Shown here one piece after another: positions 20,277 to 30,471 of a stretch of 64,000 nucleotides of DNA. The DNA comes from an uncultured Chlamydiaceae bacterium (GTDB lineage Bacteria > Chlamydiota > Chlamydiia > Chlamydiales > JAAKFR01). The stretch lies in assembly GCA_942490925.1 (NCBI GenBank), contig CALNYX010000017.1, forward strand, positions 1,281,159 to 1,345,158, in the 5' to 3' direction. Under the pieces are notes generated by a model. It was given only the letters and a program-made list of their open reading frames with translations. It had not been told where the DNA came from and made no database searches. Made by a program: the position numbers and the translations under genes. Each line of letters begins with the position of its first letter. Within the stretch, counting starts at the first letter, position 1.

Positions 20277-21563
20277 GGAAGAAAATCGTTTCACTTGCTT
20301 AGCAAGAACCTTTTCAAGCTCACCCTCTTCTACATAGAGAGTGAGCTTTTTTCTTGCCCGCGTCACAGCCGTATAGAGCATCTCCCGTCCAAAGCGCTCA
20401 CTCCCTTGCGGTAACAAAACAATCACCTCATCATATTCACTTCCCTGACTCTTATGCACCGAGAGCACATAGGCATATTCATAGGTAGGAAGCAGATAGC
20501 GTGGTAGTTTGCGCTCTCCAAATTGAGCATACTCCTTGTAAAGCAGACCAGTATCCCCATTATAAAGCTCTTGGGTTGGATCATTCACCTTCACCATTAT
20601 TGGCACAGGTTCTTCCCCTTGGTGGATGAGCGCATTGAGATTCTCCACGCCGTATGGCCCCTTACGCAAAGGAGTCAAGATGCACGCAGAACTATTTTGA
20701 ATCATGGGAATCAATTCTTTGACTGAGGGAAGAGGCTCGTAATGTACAGGTTTTCCCTGTTTGACAGCTTGCGCAACGTCAATGATTTCCTGCAGCTCAG
20801 CACGTAGGCAGGTTGCCAACTCTACTCGATTATTCCTTGAGAGATCTGCAAATAAAGAGCCTGATTCAACCGGTGGGAGCTGATCCTTATCTCCGAAAAG
20901 CACTAGTCGCGCCCCAGTTTTGACAGCTTTGAAAAGACGTGCCATGAGCTCAGCATCAATCATGGACCCTTCATCAATTACAACAAGGTCAGCATCTATC
21001 TGCTGATCCCGCTTCAACAAGGCATGCAGAGTTTGCACAGAAATATCTGGCAGCGAGGCGCGTAAATTGGCGGCAGCTTTACCTGTAGGAGCAGCAACAG
21101 CAACACGCTCTTTGGGAAATTGCCCGATGAGCTTTGCAGCTGTGTATGTTTTACCAGTTCCCGGGCCACCAGAAACAAGCGTGACCGGATGCTCCATTGC
21201 ATAGCCAATTGCAGCTTCTTGCTCGGCATTTAACCCCTCAGTTGAGAAAGCTTTTGGTTCAACTGTTGCTGAACTGAGCCTTTCAAAGTTTTCTAGAAAG
21301 AGCTGCTCTGCTTCCCAGCTGCGACGTAAATACCAACGACTTTCTTGCTCCACTACAACATGAAGCTCAGGGAGCGTTTGAGCCTGTTTGATCAACTCTG
21401 AATCTAACTCTCCACAAGAAGGAAAAAGCTCTTGATTCTCAATCAAGACACATAAATGTCCTTCGCGCGCTGATGCCAATAGGTAGGCCAGAAACAGCTC
21501 ATGGCTTTTTGAAAAACGACGTCCAAAATAGTGATCAACATGACTAAAAGGTGATGACATCAT
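20253..21563 (-). CDS. recD: Exodeoxyribonuclease V alpha subunit (RecD helicase)
   Basis: Walker A GGPGTGKTYT, VVIDEGSMID, and SVHKSQGSEYDEVIV...LYTAVTRARKKL. Last gene of a recC-recB-recD array with overlapping ends. Confidence 0.9.
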   Translation of the reverse strand: MMSSPFSHVDHYFGRRFSKSHELFLAYLLASAREGHLCVLIENQELFPSCGELDSELIKQAQTLPELHVVVEQESRWYLRRSWEAEQLFLENFERLSSATVEPKAFSTEGLNAEQEAAIGYAMEHPVTLVSGGPGTGKTYTAAKLIGQFPKERVAVAAPTGKAAANLRASLPDISVQTLHALLKRDQQIDADLVVIDEGSMIDAELMARLFKAVKTGARLVLFGDKDQLPPVESGSLFADLSRNNRVELATCLRAELQEIIDVAQAVKQGKPVHYEPLPSVKELIPMIQNSSACILTPLRKGPYGVENLNALIHQGEEPVPIMVKVNDPTQELYNGDTGLLYKEYAQFGERKLPRYLLPTYEYAYVLSVHKSQGSEYDEVIVLLPQGSERFGREMLYTAVTRARKKLTLYVEEGELEKVLAKQVKRFSSLSSICTR

Positions 21564-24273
21564 TGCTCCTTAAAAAAATGTAAAACCCAGCCGTAAGTTT
21601 CTCTCCAAAAAGTCCTAAATAGCGCTCCAACGCTTCGCGATAAATTTTGGCCTGGAGATCATAGTGGTGCCGCTCCGTCTCTTTTTGAGCACTATCGACA
21701 ATCACGTTAGATTTCCAATCAACAAAATAGTAACGCCCCTCATGCTCAAAGAATAGATCGATAAAACCCTTCATATATCCCTCATCCGTACTGTAGAGAA
21801 AAGGCATCTCTTTGTTCATTTTGGAAGGGTCAACATCGGCTAGTCGAAAGGGTAGCGGGAGATGTAAAACCCGCTTTACCATTGCCTCCACCTCTGTTTG
21901 AAATGGCTCCAAAGGCGTTCCCTTCACAAGGGCGCTCAGATCACCAGGCTGGGCAAATGAAATCTTCTCAAAGATAGTGTGCAGCAGTGTGCCAATTTCT
22001 GGGCCAGCTGGCAGTGCGACTTCCACCTCTTTTTTCACTGCCTCATACGTCACAAGTGAAGAAAAGGATTGAATCGGACATGAAGGAAATGAAAGCACTG
22101 CTTGCTTAGGAGCAACTAGTTGAATCGACTCCTCTGAATCTGTTTGTACTTCCACCTTTGATCTCTCTACGCGAGGAAGCGACTCATTAACGGAGTCTAA
22201 AAACCGTTGCATTGGAGACGTTTTTTTCTCAATATAGGGAATGTAAAGCCGCTTTTTTGCTCGCGTAAATGCGACATAGATTTGCCGCATCTGCTCAGCT
22301 TCGCTCTCTAGTTGATCAGCCTGCTGAGCTTGGGCTGAAAAGCTATACTGGCCTTGGTAACAGACAAGATTTTTACGCTGCACCACAGGAGCTGCCAAAC
22401 CAATTGGAAAGACGATATCAAACTCTAGCCCTTTACTTGCGTGAACTGTCATGATGTTGACTGCATCTTGCTCTTTAATCAACCGCGCTTTGAGACGCTC
22501 TGAATCTGAATCTTCTATGGCAAGTTGTTGTAAGTAGAGAAGGTAGCTCTCCTTTGGCATCTGCTGCTCAGCAATCATTTCAACGAGTTGCTGCATCTCA
22601 TGGTAAATCACCTCACCATCTTGTTGCTGCAAAAGCGTTGGCCCTGCTTGCTTCATCACTGCATCAAACAATTGAAGAATGCCTTTCTGTTCAAGCAGAT
22701 GATGATAGAGATAAAAATCCTCATGCCTGAGTCCAGATAGTGGTCCGCCTAAGACGAGTTCTATTGCATTACGATCGCGCGGGTTGAGCACAGCTTGGAG
22801 CAACTCATAGAGGACATTGACACGCAATGAGCGCGCTTTATAAAGACGCGTTGGGAAGGGGCATGCTTGTTCAAAACGGGCAGCTTGATACCGATCTTTA
22901 ACCAGTACTGCACACTGAGAAGGGCTAAAACGTCCAATCTCTTGAATCACAAGTTCAAAAAGTTCTCTCTCCTCTTCGACTTGCATCACCATAATGGGAG
23001 GATCCAAATCCTCTTTCATCTCACCAGGCTCAACGGGTTGGTATGCGAGCTTCTCTGCTGTTTGCGGCAAACTAAATGCCGCCTGTCCAAAAAGCGCATT
23101 AAGCCCCTTAATCAGACTTGGAGTCGAGCGAAAATTACGCATTAAAATCGCTGGCTCACTCTGCATCTGCTTTTTTGCGCGCAAATAGGTATAGATATCT
23201 GCCTGTCTAAAACGGTAGATCGCTTGCTTAGGATCCCCGACTAAGTAGAGCGGCACATGTCCTAAGAATAGCGTTGAAAAGATCGTCCACTGAACCGCAT
23301 CTGTATCTTGAAACTCATCGATTAGAACCGCTTTGTACTGCCCTCTCACTTTGGATGCAAAGGCAGCGTTATGAACACTTTTTTCCATCAGTTGAATCAA
23401 ATCTTCAAAAAAGACGAGTTCCTGCTCTTCGATCACCTGAGTGATTTTTAAGCGCACCTGCTCTGCTAAAGTCGCAAATAAAATGAGGGGGTCTGAACCT
23501 CTCTGAATAATGGGAAGACACTTCTCGACAAGACCTGGGTAGTGCAGCTGCGGCTCTTCTCCTCTTTTGAGACGATTATCGGGGTTGAAGAGCAGGAGGG
23601 GCGTCCCAACCCAATCGCCTTCGACAAAGGACTTAAAGCCCACTTGGATTTCTGGCTTTACATTCTTTTGACGGTCACACAATTTCCCATATAAAGGGGC
23701 TAAGGCGAGTAAATCTTCAAGAAGAAGGGCTGGATCAACAGATGCTAATAAATGTTGAATTTCAAGATTACTTGTCTCATAAGAGGGGCCTGTTTCAATC
23801 GGTAATCGATTTTTTGCGACTGCTAGAAGATGATTGACAAGACGGTCGATCTCATTTTGATGAGCCTGCAAAACTTTTTCGATCTGTTTAGGATGTAAAA
23901 CCGTTGTACAGCGGAGCGCGTCTTTGGCAGCCTGTTTGAGAATATCAAGCGAGGCACTCTCCTCGATTTGGTCAAAGGAAAAGCCTGACTCAAAAGCATA
24001 CTCTTTAAGTGCATGAAAACAGAAGCTATGGATGGTAAAGATTCGCTCGTTTTCAAGGTAGGCAAGCTTTTTTCGAATGCGTGTTTTCAACTCAAGTGTT
24101 GCAGCGCGAGTAAACGTGACGACTAGAATTTCATCTGGGCTAAGCCCTTTCTCTTCTACAAGACGGGTAAAAATGTTTTCGATTGCAAAGGTCTTCCCTG
24201 TGCCGGCAGAGGCTTCAATAAAATGATCTGTGAGCAAATCAAGAGCGGGATCTAAAACATCAAAACCAGGCAT
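21544..24273 (-). CDS. recB: Exodeoxyribonuclease V beta subunit (RecB helicase-nuclease)
   Basis: IEASAGTGKTFAIE, LIDEFQDTD, VHASKGLEFD, and a C-terminal PD-(D/E)xK nuclease (GFIDLFFEH...FVDWKSN). Start taken at MPGFDVLDP (24273), which gives E. coli-like spacing to Walker A; the ORF extends to 24309. Confidence 0.9.
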   Translation of the reverse strand: MPGFDVLDPALDLLTDHFIEASAGTGKTFAIENIFTRLVEEKGLSPDEILVVTFTRAATLELKTRIRKKLAYLENERIFTIHSFCFHALKEYAFESGFSFDQIEESASLDILKQAAKDALRCTTVLHPKQIEKVLQAHQNEIDRLVNHLLAVAKNRLPIETGPSYETSNLEIQHLLASVDPALLLEDLLALAPLYGKLCDRQKNVKPEIQVGFKSFVEGDWVGTPLLLFNPDNRLKRGEEPQLHYPGLVEKCLPIIQRGSDPLILFATLAEQVRLKITQVIEEQELVFFEDLIQLMEKSVHNAAFASKVRGQYKAVLIDEFQDTDAVQWTIFSTLFLGHVPLYLVGDPKQAIYRFRQADIYTYLRAKKQMQSEPAILMRNFRSTPSLIKGLNALFGQAAFSLPQTAEKLAYQPVEPGEMKEDLDPPIMVMQVEEERELFELVIQEIGRFSPSQCAVLVKDRYQAARFEQACPFPTRLYKARSLRVNVLYELLQAVLNPRDRNAIELVLGGPLSGLRHEDFYLYHHLLEQKGILQLFDAVMKQAGPTLLQQQDGEVIYHEMQQLVEMIAEQQMPKESYLLYLQQLAIEDSDSERLKARLIKEQDAVNIMTVHASKGLEFDIVFPIGLAAPVVQRKNLVCYQGQYSFSAQAQQADQLESEAEQMRQIYVAFTRAKKRLYIPYIEKKTSPMQRFLDSVNESLPRVERSKVEVQTDSEESIQLVAPKQAVLSFPSCPIQSFSSLVTYEAVKKEVEVALPAGPEIGTLLHTIFEKISFAQPGDLSALVKGTPLEPFQTEVEAMVKRVLHLPLPFRLADVDPSKMNKEMPFLYSTDEGYMKGFIDLFFEHEGRYYFVDWKSNVIVDSAQKETERHHYDLQAKIYREALERYLGLFGEKLTAGFYIFLRSNDVITF

Positions 24274-27109
24274 CACGCATCTCCCCGTAGAGTCGTTTGG
24301 CCTGCTCATCCCATTTGAAAAGGGTTGGAGAGAGCGCTTTGGTCTGCATCACCCAAGCAAGTGCTGGATCGTAAGAAGTTGCAATCAGTTTTTCAAGACG
24401 CGCCCTATCTTGCTTCAAAATAACATCAACCCAGTTGGGGAAAAGGGGTGAGGGACATTGCTGGCTTAGAAAATAGTATTCTACCATCCTTTCAAGCAAA
24501 GGACGTGTGGTGGTGAAAAACGGGCTCTTCTTTTTCCCATCACGTCCAAAAATAAGAGGGATCGGTTCATGGCAGTGGCAAGCGAGCACATAAAGTGGCC
24601 AGGCTTTAATTGCTCCGGCAAAGTCTCCACGTTCATAGGCAAGTAATCCATTGTTTGTAAAGCCGTCTATTTTTCCTGTGATATGAATCGATGTCTCTTT
24701 ATTGTAATCAAAAACAAATGAGGCCTCTTTTGAGTCGACCATTTCATCTTGCAACTCTTTTTCAACGCGTCTTTGTGCGATATCAGAAAAAGGTCCTAGT
24801 GGAAACTCACCTCTCTTTTGCAAATTGATAACGGCTTGTTTTTGCGGCATCTGTAAAAGCAGACGGCGCATTTTGGCCATCTGCAAAGGGGAGAGCGTGA
24901 ACTCTTCTTCATGTTTCACTTCAGTGGCATCATAGAAATTGAGGTGTGAAAAATAGTGACGTAGAGGTGAACGCAGAGCGCGCACCAATTCATAGATAGC
25001 AATATGATGTTCTCCAGGTGGCACAGGTATGGGTTGTGGCGGAAGAAAAAATGGTTCAGGAGCTTGCTTGGTCTGTAATGCCACTGCAAGTTGGTAGTCT
25101 GCTATCGATGTACTTGTAAGCTCTTGTTGTGAGAAGTAGAGAGGATCGTAGCTGCGCAGAGGATGTTTCACTTTTTTAATATAGGGAAGTAGAGGCGCAA
25201 TCACGGATGAAGGAGGCTCTTCACTTCCATCAAATGGATTGTTTCCCAAGTAACTGATGAATAATTTTTCTCTCACTGAAAGCATTGTTTCGAGGAAGAG
25301 ATAGCGGTCTAAGTCGGCCTGCGAGGGCACTTCAGCCCTTCCTTGCAATTGATCTAGGGAGAGGGGCATCTCTTGGCGAGGAAAGGCATCGTGGTTCATT
25401 CCAATCAAACAGATCACTTTTGCTGGGATGGCGCGCATGGGTAGCAAGGAACAAAAACGGATCGCTTGCACCTCGTTTGGATTTAGCGTGGTGCTCTCAG
25501 CACGTACAACTTCCTGCAAAAGAGGAAAAAAGGATTGAAAGGTGTAGGTTTGGTCGCGGGCCAACTTTTTCAAAGGCTTGAGCGTGCGGAGTAATGATTC
25601 GTTCGAAAATACGAAATAGGCTTCATAGAGATCTTGGAGATATTCAGACCAACGTACAAGTGTCCATTGAGTACCATCATGCAAAGGCTTTAGTTGCGTA
25701 TAGAGTGTATCGATCAGATAGGCTAATTCACCTAGAAGCTCTGCCTCAGTCAAATCAATGCGTGAAGAGCCTAACGCCAAGTCTTCAAGTAATTGGTCAA
25801 TCCCTTGTTTCCAGGTATTGCCCTCTTCATCCATTTTTTGACCCAAGAGGTCACTGCGATGCGCTGCATCAACTCCCCAACGAATACCCGTAACCTGGAG
25901 CCACTCGCGAATTTGTAATACCGTCTCTTCATTCCATCCCATCTTCTTTTGAAAAAGAGGGTGACGAAAGAGCTCTAACATTACAGGAGCACTCCACCGT
26001 TTTTTCTCTAGATCAAATAGTAGCCAAAGTCCCTTAATCTCAAGATCATGACCCATTTGAGGCAGATCAGTAATTTGGCATAGAGAGCCAAAAACCGACT
26101 CGATATAGGGCGTATAGAGTGTAATATCTGGCGCCATCACCAAAATTTCTTTGGGCTCAATTTGAGGTAGCAAAGCCATCAGGTTGTGGTAGAGAATTTC
26201 TACTTCCCGATGAGGAGTTGAGGCGATATGCAACTCGATTGTTGGATCTTCTTTCAACGGCTCAAAATTCAGAAGTGCCTCTTGAGTCGCTGTAATCCCC
26301 TCAATGCTATAGTCTTCAACTGTCTGGATTTCCCCTTCCTCAACAAGGGTCGCCAGTTGTCTACCAGCTTTACCTAGTGTTGCTAAGAGGGGTTGGCTCT
26401 CATCAAACTCACTCCAGAACTCCTGGCAAGGGGAGAGGACGTAGTGATGAACGGGCATCTTTTGAGCGACCTGATCGAAAAAGTGGAAGAATAGGGGTGG
26501 TTGATGGCTAAAGCCAAAAAGGTGAATAGAAACAGAGCCTTCGATTAACTGAGGCTCTTTTAAGATTGATAGGAAGTCATCATAGTTTGAAAAAACTTCT
26601 TCCCAAACAAGTTGTTGCCAGGGGGAACTCCACTCTTTTACCCCGTAGATGCTGTAACGTTGAAAAAGGGTTGCAAGCTGTTTAGCAAGCATCATTGTAC
26701 GCCTTTTTCTTCCTCCAACATAACCCACCAGAGGCTGCCAAATGGGATCTGTTGAATCAAGATGGGCAGCAAGCACCTGTTCAATATCAACGATCAACTC
26801 AATTTTTGTCGGAAGCTTAAAACGGTTATGGCAGAGAGATAAAATTCCCTGATTGAGAAAAGAGGTCTCAAAACCAGCAGCAACTCCAAGCTCATCTGTC
26901 AATTGAAGACGTATCCATTTTTCTATGGCATGGCTCGGAACAAGAAGCAGTCTTTTCGCAAAAACCGACCCTTGTAAATCGAAGAGATTTGCTTTGAGTT
27001 TCAAAAGAAGTTTTTCAAGGCGGTTGCTAAAAAAGAGCCGTCCCTGATTAAATCCTTCTATGCCTTCGTCTTCTCGCAGACTATTAACTCCTTTTAGCGC
27101 TTTAAACAT
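24260..27109 (-). CDS. recC: Exodeoxyribonuclease V gamma subunit (RecC)
   Basis: 949-aa ORF directly upstream of recB. The N-terminus LFFSNRLEKLLLKLKANLF is RecC-like. The exact start is uncertain because 27109 overlaps the divergent gene. Confidence 0.85.
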   Translation of the reverse strand: MFKALKGVNSLREDEGIEGFNQGRLFFSNRLEKLLLKLKANLFDLQGSVFAKRLLLVPSHAIEKWIRLQLTDELGVAAGFETSFLNQGILSLCHNRFKLPTKIELIVDIEQVLAAHLDSTDPIWQPLVGYVGGRKRRTMMLAKQLATLFQRYSIYGVKEWSSPWQQLVWEEVFSNYDDFLSILKEPQLIEGSVSIHLFGFSHQPPLFFHFFDQVAQKMPVHHYVLSPCQEFWSEFDESQPLLATLGKAGRQLATLVEEGEIQTVEDYSIEGITATQEALLNFEPLKEDPTIELHIASTPHREVEILYHNLMALLPQIEPKEILVMAPDITLYTPYIESVFGSLCQITDLPQMGHDLEIKGLWLLFDLEKKRWSAPVMLELFRHPLFQKKMGWNEETVLQIREWLQVTGIRWGVDAAHRSDLLGQKMDEEGNTWKQGIDQLLEDLALGSSRIDLTEAELLGELAYLIDTLYTQLKPLHDGTQWTLVRWSEYLQDLYEAYFVFSNESLLRTLKPLKKLARDQTYTFQSFFPLLQEVVRAESTTLNPNEVQAIRFCSLLPMRAIPAKVICLIGMNHDAFPRQEMPLSLDQLQGRAEVPSQADLDRYLFLETMLSVREKLFISYLGNNPFDGSEEPPSSVIAPLLPYIKKVKHPLRSYDPLYFSQQELTSTSIADYQLAVALQTKQAPEPFFLPPQPIPVPPGEHHIAIYELVRALRSPLRHYFSHLNFYDATEVKHEEEFTLSPLQMAKMRRLLLQMPQKQAVINLQKRGEFPLGPFSDIAQRRVEKELQDEMVDSKEASFVFDYNKETSIHITGKIDGFTNNGLLAYERGDFAGAIKAWPLYVLACHCHEPIPLIFGRDGKKKSPFFTTTRPLLERMVEYYFLSQQCPSPLFPNWVDVILKQDRARLEKLIATSYDPALAWVMQTKALSPTLFKWDEQAKRLYGEMRDAWF

Positions 27110-28799
27110 TGCTCAATTTTGCACATCGTTAAACGATAACCTATTCAAGCTTTTACTCGCGTTTTTTTTGATCCGCCTCAAAGGGCCGGAACATAGCTAT
27201 ACGATCCTTTCGCTTGCAGGCGCTGTATTTGTAGTTCCTTTCATACTGTTTGCTTCGACAGCTGGGACACTTGCCGATCGTTACAGCAAACGGTCACTCA
27301 TTTATTTTACGCGAGTTATGGAAATTGTCTCAACACTCTTAGGAGTGTTAGCTTTTATTTTTAAGTCAGCTGTTGGTGGTTATATTGTCCTCTTTCTGTT
27401 GGCTATACAAAGTACCCTTTTTTCTCCATGTAAGTATGGTATTCTTCCCGAAATTGTCCCTAAAGAGCGTTTGTCTCGCTGTAACGGAATGATCACCGGC
27501 ACAACCTATCTGGCGATTATTCTTGGGACCTTCTTTGCAGCCTTTTTGACTCAAGCCTCTCAAGATCGCTTTGTCTTTGCCGCTCTTGTAACTGTAGCTG
27601 TTGCGGTCCTTGGAGCAATTGCCAGTTTGTGGCTCCCTAAAACGCAACCACGCGACCACAAGAAAAAAATCTCGGTCAGCTTTTTTATGGAAATCATGCG
27701 CGCATTAAAAAAGGCGCGCGAAACACGCTACCTTTTTGAAGTGATCCTTGTAGGCTCCTATTTTCTCTTCATGGGAGCCTATTTGCAACTCAATATGATC
27801 CCTTTCACCATTCAATCGCTTCACCTACCAGAAGTACAGGGTGGTTACCTATTTTTGATGGTCGCGATTGGAATTGGAATTGGCTCGTTTCTTTCAGGTC
27901 AACTTTCTGGCAAAGAGACGCAAATTGGCTATCTTCCAGTCGCAGCAGTGATTACTTTTGTTTGCTTTCTCGGACTTTTTGTCTTTCAGTCACATTTTTT
28001 CACTGTCATTCTCTTTCTTGTTGGTATCGGGGTTGCTGGCGGATTTTTTATCGTTCCAGTCGATATTTTTATCCAGGTTGCAAGTCCTGACAATAACCGC
28101 GGAGAGAACGTTGCTGCCGGAAACTTTCTAAGCTTTTTCGGAGTCATCATAGCTTCAGCTCTACTTGCTCTTTTTGGCAATCTCTTTCAAATGAGCGCAG
28201 CCCAAGGCTTTCTTGCTCTTTCAATATTTACCTTCCTTTTCGCAGTTCTTCTTTTTATTATTTTTGCTGACCAATTTCTACGGCTATTTGCCTCCTATGT
28301 CTGTTACACTTTTTGGGATATGAAAGTCATCGGGAAAAGACGATTGCTCAGAGCTCCACCGACTCTGCTTATTTGCCAAAGACGCTCTTGGCTTGATGTC
28401 TTTGCCATCATGGCCACCTTACCTCGGCTCATTCGCTATATCGTACCAATCGACCCCTCCGATCAATGCCATCCCCTCTTTTACCGCATTCTACGCATGA
28501 TCCCGATCGATATCGAACACTTCTCTCCAATTGGAGAGCCTGCCCTCAATCAAATAAAAAAAGAACTTGAATCGGGTCATAGCGTCTGTTTGATGTACCC
28601 CGATGAGAGCTTCAAAAATGTCAAAGAGTGGCGCGAAAAAGTAGAAAAGCTTGTTGAAGATATCCATGTTCCTGTTGCGCCGATTTATGTCGCACATGAG
28701 GGAAATCCCACCCTAGAGGGAAAGATTAAACAATTTCTTACACTTTTCCGTAAGCCAGTGAAGGTTGGCTACGGAACTCCTCTTGATAAAAACACTTAA
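27060..28799 (+). CDS. MFS lysophospholipid-transporter (LplT)-like protein fused to a degenerate PlsC-type acyltransferase domain
   Basis: The N-terminal 12-TM MFS region has the LplT-type motif SLNDNLFKLLLAFF. The C-terminal ~170 aa align in pattern to LPLAT acyltransferases, but NHxxxxD reads QRRSWLD and FPEG reads YPDE. Confidence 0.8.
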   Translation: MPSSSRRLLTPFSALNIAQFCTSLNDNLFKLLLAFFLIRLKGPEHSYTILSLAGAVFVVPFILFASTAGTLADRYSKRSLIYFTRVMEIVSTLLGVLAFIFKSAVGGYIVLFLLAIQSTLFSPCKYGILPEIVPKERLSRCNGMITGTTYLAIILGTFFAAFLTQASQDRFVFAALVTVAVAVLGAIASLWLPKTQPRDHKKKISVSFFMEIMRALKKARETRYLFEVILVGSYFLFMGAYLQLNMIPFTIQSLHLPEVQGGYLFLMVAIGIGIGSFLSGQLSGKETQIGYLPVAAVITFVCFLGLFVFQSHFFTVILFLVGIGVAGGFFIVPVDIFIQVASPDNNRGENVAAGNFLSFFGVIIASALLALFGNLFQMSAAQGFLALSIFTFLFAVLLFIIFADQFLRLFASYVCYTFWDMKVIGKRRLLRAPPTLLICQRRSWLDVFAIMATLPRLIRYIVPIDPSDQCHPLFYRILRMIPIDIEHFSPIGEPALNQIKKELESGHSVCLMYPDESFKNVKEWREKVEKLVEDIHVPVAPIYVAHEGNPTLEGKIKQFLTLFRKPVKVGYGTPLDKNT

Positions 28800-28834
28800 A
28801 AAGGGCATAATGGATGAAATCCTAAGCCCAGGAA

Positions 28835-30328
28835 ATGGTGGAACAAGCAAAATTTGGCCCTATTCGTCGCATCTTTTGGCCGATACATCGCCTTGAAATT
28901 CGTCAAGTTGTTGTAAAATTTTTACTTCTCTTCCTCGTCTGCTGTTGCTACAGCGTCCTACGCAATCTCAAAGATGCCGTTATTCTCCAATCCTCTGGAA
29001 CAGAGGTGATCCCCTTTATTAAGGTCTGGGGGATGGTCCCTGGGGCAATCATTGCGATGTGGCTCTATGCACGCTTGAGAAACCGGGTAAGGCGAGAGCT
29101 TGTCTTCTATACCCTGATTTCCGCCTTTCTCATCTATTTTCTAGTCTTTGCTTTTATCATCTATCCGAGACACGAATCCTTAAGACTCAATGAGCTTTCA
29201 GTTTACCTTTCCAGCCATCTCCCAACTGGTTTTAAAGGAATGATTGCTATGATCTGCAATTGGAGCGTTTCCCTTTTCTACATCATTTCAGAGCTCTGGG
29301 CCTCCGTTATTTTGACCGTCCTCTGCTGGGGCTTTATCAATGATATGACAAAGGTTTCTCAAGGGAAGAGATTTTACGGAATTCTCAACCTCGGCTCCAA
29401 TATAGCCCCACTTGTGGGGATTTTTTTTGCCACGCTTTTTGAACGCTTTTTCCCTTTTCACTTTGCCATCTTTGCTGGAGATCCTTGGAAAGAGCGCCTT
29501 GCAACCTCTATTCTGTTTATCTCAATTTGCGGCCTCCTTGCCATGCTCTGCTTCCATTGGCTCATGACTATTCGTAATCGTCTGGCTATCGCAGAAGATG
29601 AAGTCATCCAGAAAAAACCTAAGATGCGCTTATCGATGCGAGAGAGCATCAAGTTTATCATGCGTAATAAATACCTCGCTAGCCTTGCAATGATCGTTCT
29701 GGGCTATAATATCGCAATCAACTTCACCGACATCTTGTGGAAATGCCAACTCAAAACCTTCTTCTCCGATCCAAGTGACATCTTGTCTCACATGAATAAA
29801 GTTTCTATGGGAATTGGGACGATCTCTACAATCTGTGCCATTCTTTTCTCTTTCCTAGTCTCTCGTATGGGATGGACCTTTACAGCCATCCTCACGCCAC
29901 TGGTGATGGCGGGACTCGCGATCATATTCTTCCTTTTTCTCTTTGCTGGCAACAGCTTAGCAGGGATTTCAACATCGATATTTGGCATCACACCCCTAGC
30001 ACTCACCGTCTATCTTGGCTCCATGCAAAACTGCTTGAGTAAAGCCGGGAAGTATTCGATCTTTGATGCGACTAAGGAGCTTGCCTTTCTCAATGTTGAT
30101 GAAGAAGTGCGCGTCAAAGGGAAAGCAGCGATTGACGGCCTCGGCTCAGGGATCGGTAAATCGGGTTCCTCGCTCACTTACCAGGGCTTCCTCATTCTCT
30201 TTGGAAGCCTCAGCTCCTGTACCCCATATATTGCTGTATTGCTTCTCTTCGTCTTTTTTGGCTGGTTCTACTCTGTAAGGACGATAGGCCAAACCTTCAA
30301 AAAAGAGCCTCAACTACAAACAGCTTAA
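28835..30328 (+). CDS. ntt: Nucleotide transporter of the ATP/ADP translocase (TLC/NTT) family
   Basis: KFLLLFLVCCCYSVLRNLKDAVIL...VIPFIKVWGMVPGAII and a 12-TM layout are diagnostic for the TLC family of Chlamydiae, Rickettsiales and plastids. Confidence 0.9.
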   Translation: MVEQAKFGPIRRIFWPIHRLEIRQVVVKFLLLFLVCCCYSVLRNLKDAVILQSSGTEVIPFIKVWGMVPGAIIAMWLYARLRNRVRRELVFYTLISAFLIYFLVFAFIIYPRHESLRLNELSVYLSSHLPTGFKGMIAMICNWSVSLFYIISELWASVILTVLCWGFINDMTKVSQGKRFYGILNLGSNIAPLVGIFFATLFERFFPFHFAIFAGDPWKERLATSILFISICGLLAMLCFHWLMTIRNRLAIAEDEVIQKKPKMRLSMRESIKFIMRNKYLASLAMIVLGYNIAINFTDILWKCQLKTFFSDPSDILSHMNKVSMGIGTISTICAILFSFLVSRMGWTFTAILTPLVMAGLAIIFFLFLFAGNSLAGISTSIFGITPLALTVYLGSMQNCLSKAGKYSIFDATKELAFLNVDEEVRVKGKAAIDGLGSGIGKSGSSLTYQGFLILFGSLSSCTPYIAVLLLFVFFGWFYSVRTIGQTFKKEPQLQTA

Positions 30329-30471
30329 ATTCACTATATTCTGCACCTCTTTTTACAATAGCTTTGCTGTAGAGCACCAACATCTTACAATCAGCCTGTG
30401 TCTCAATAGCATTCCAAGGAATAACATTTTGACACAAAAGTCTTATATGCATTACCATAAACCATAACGTT

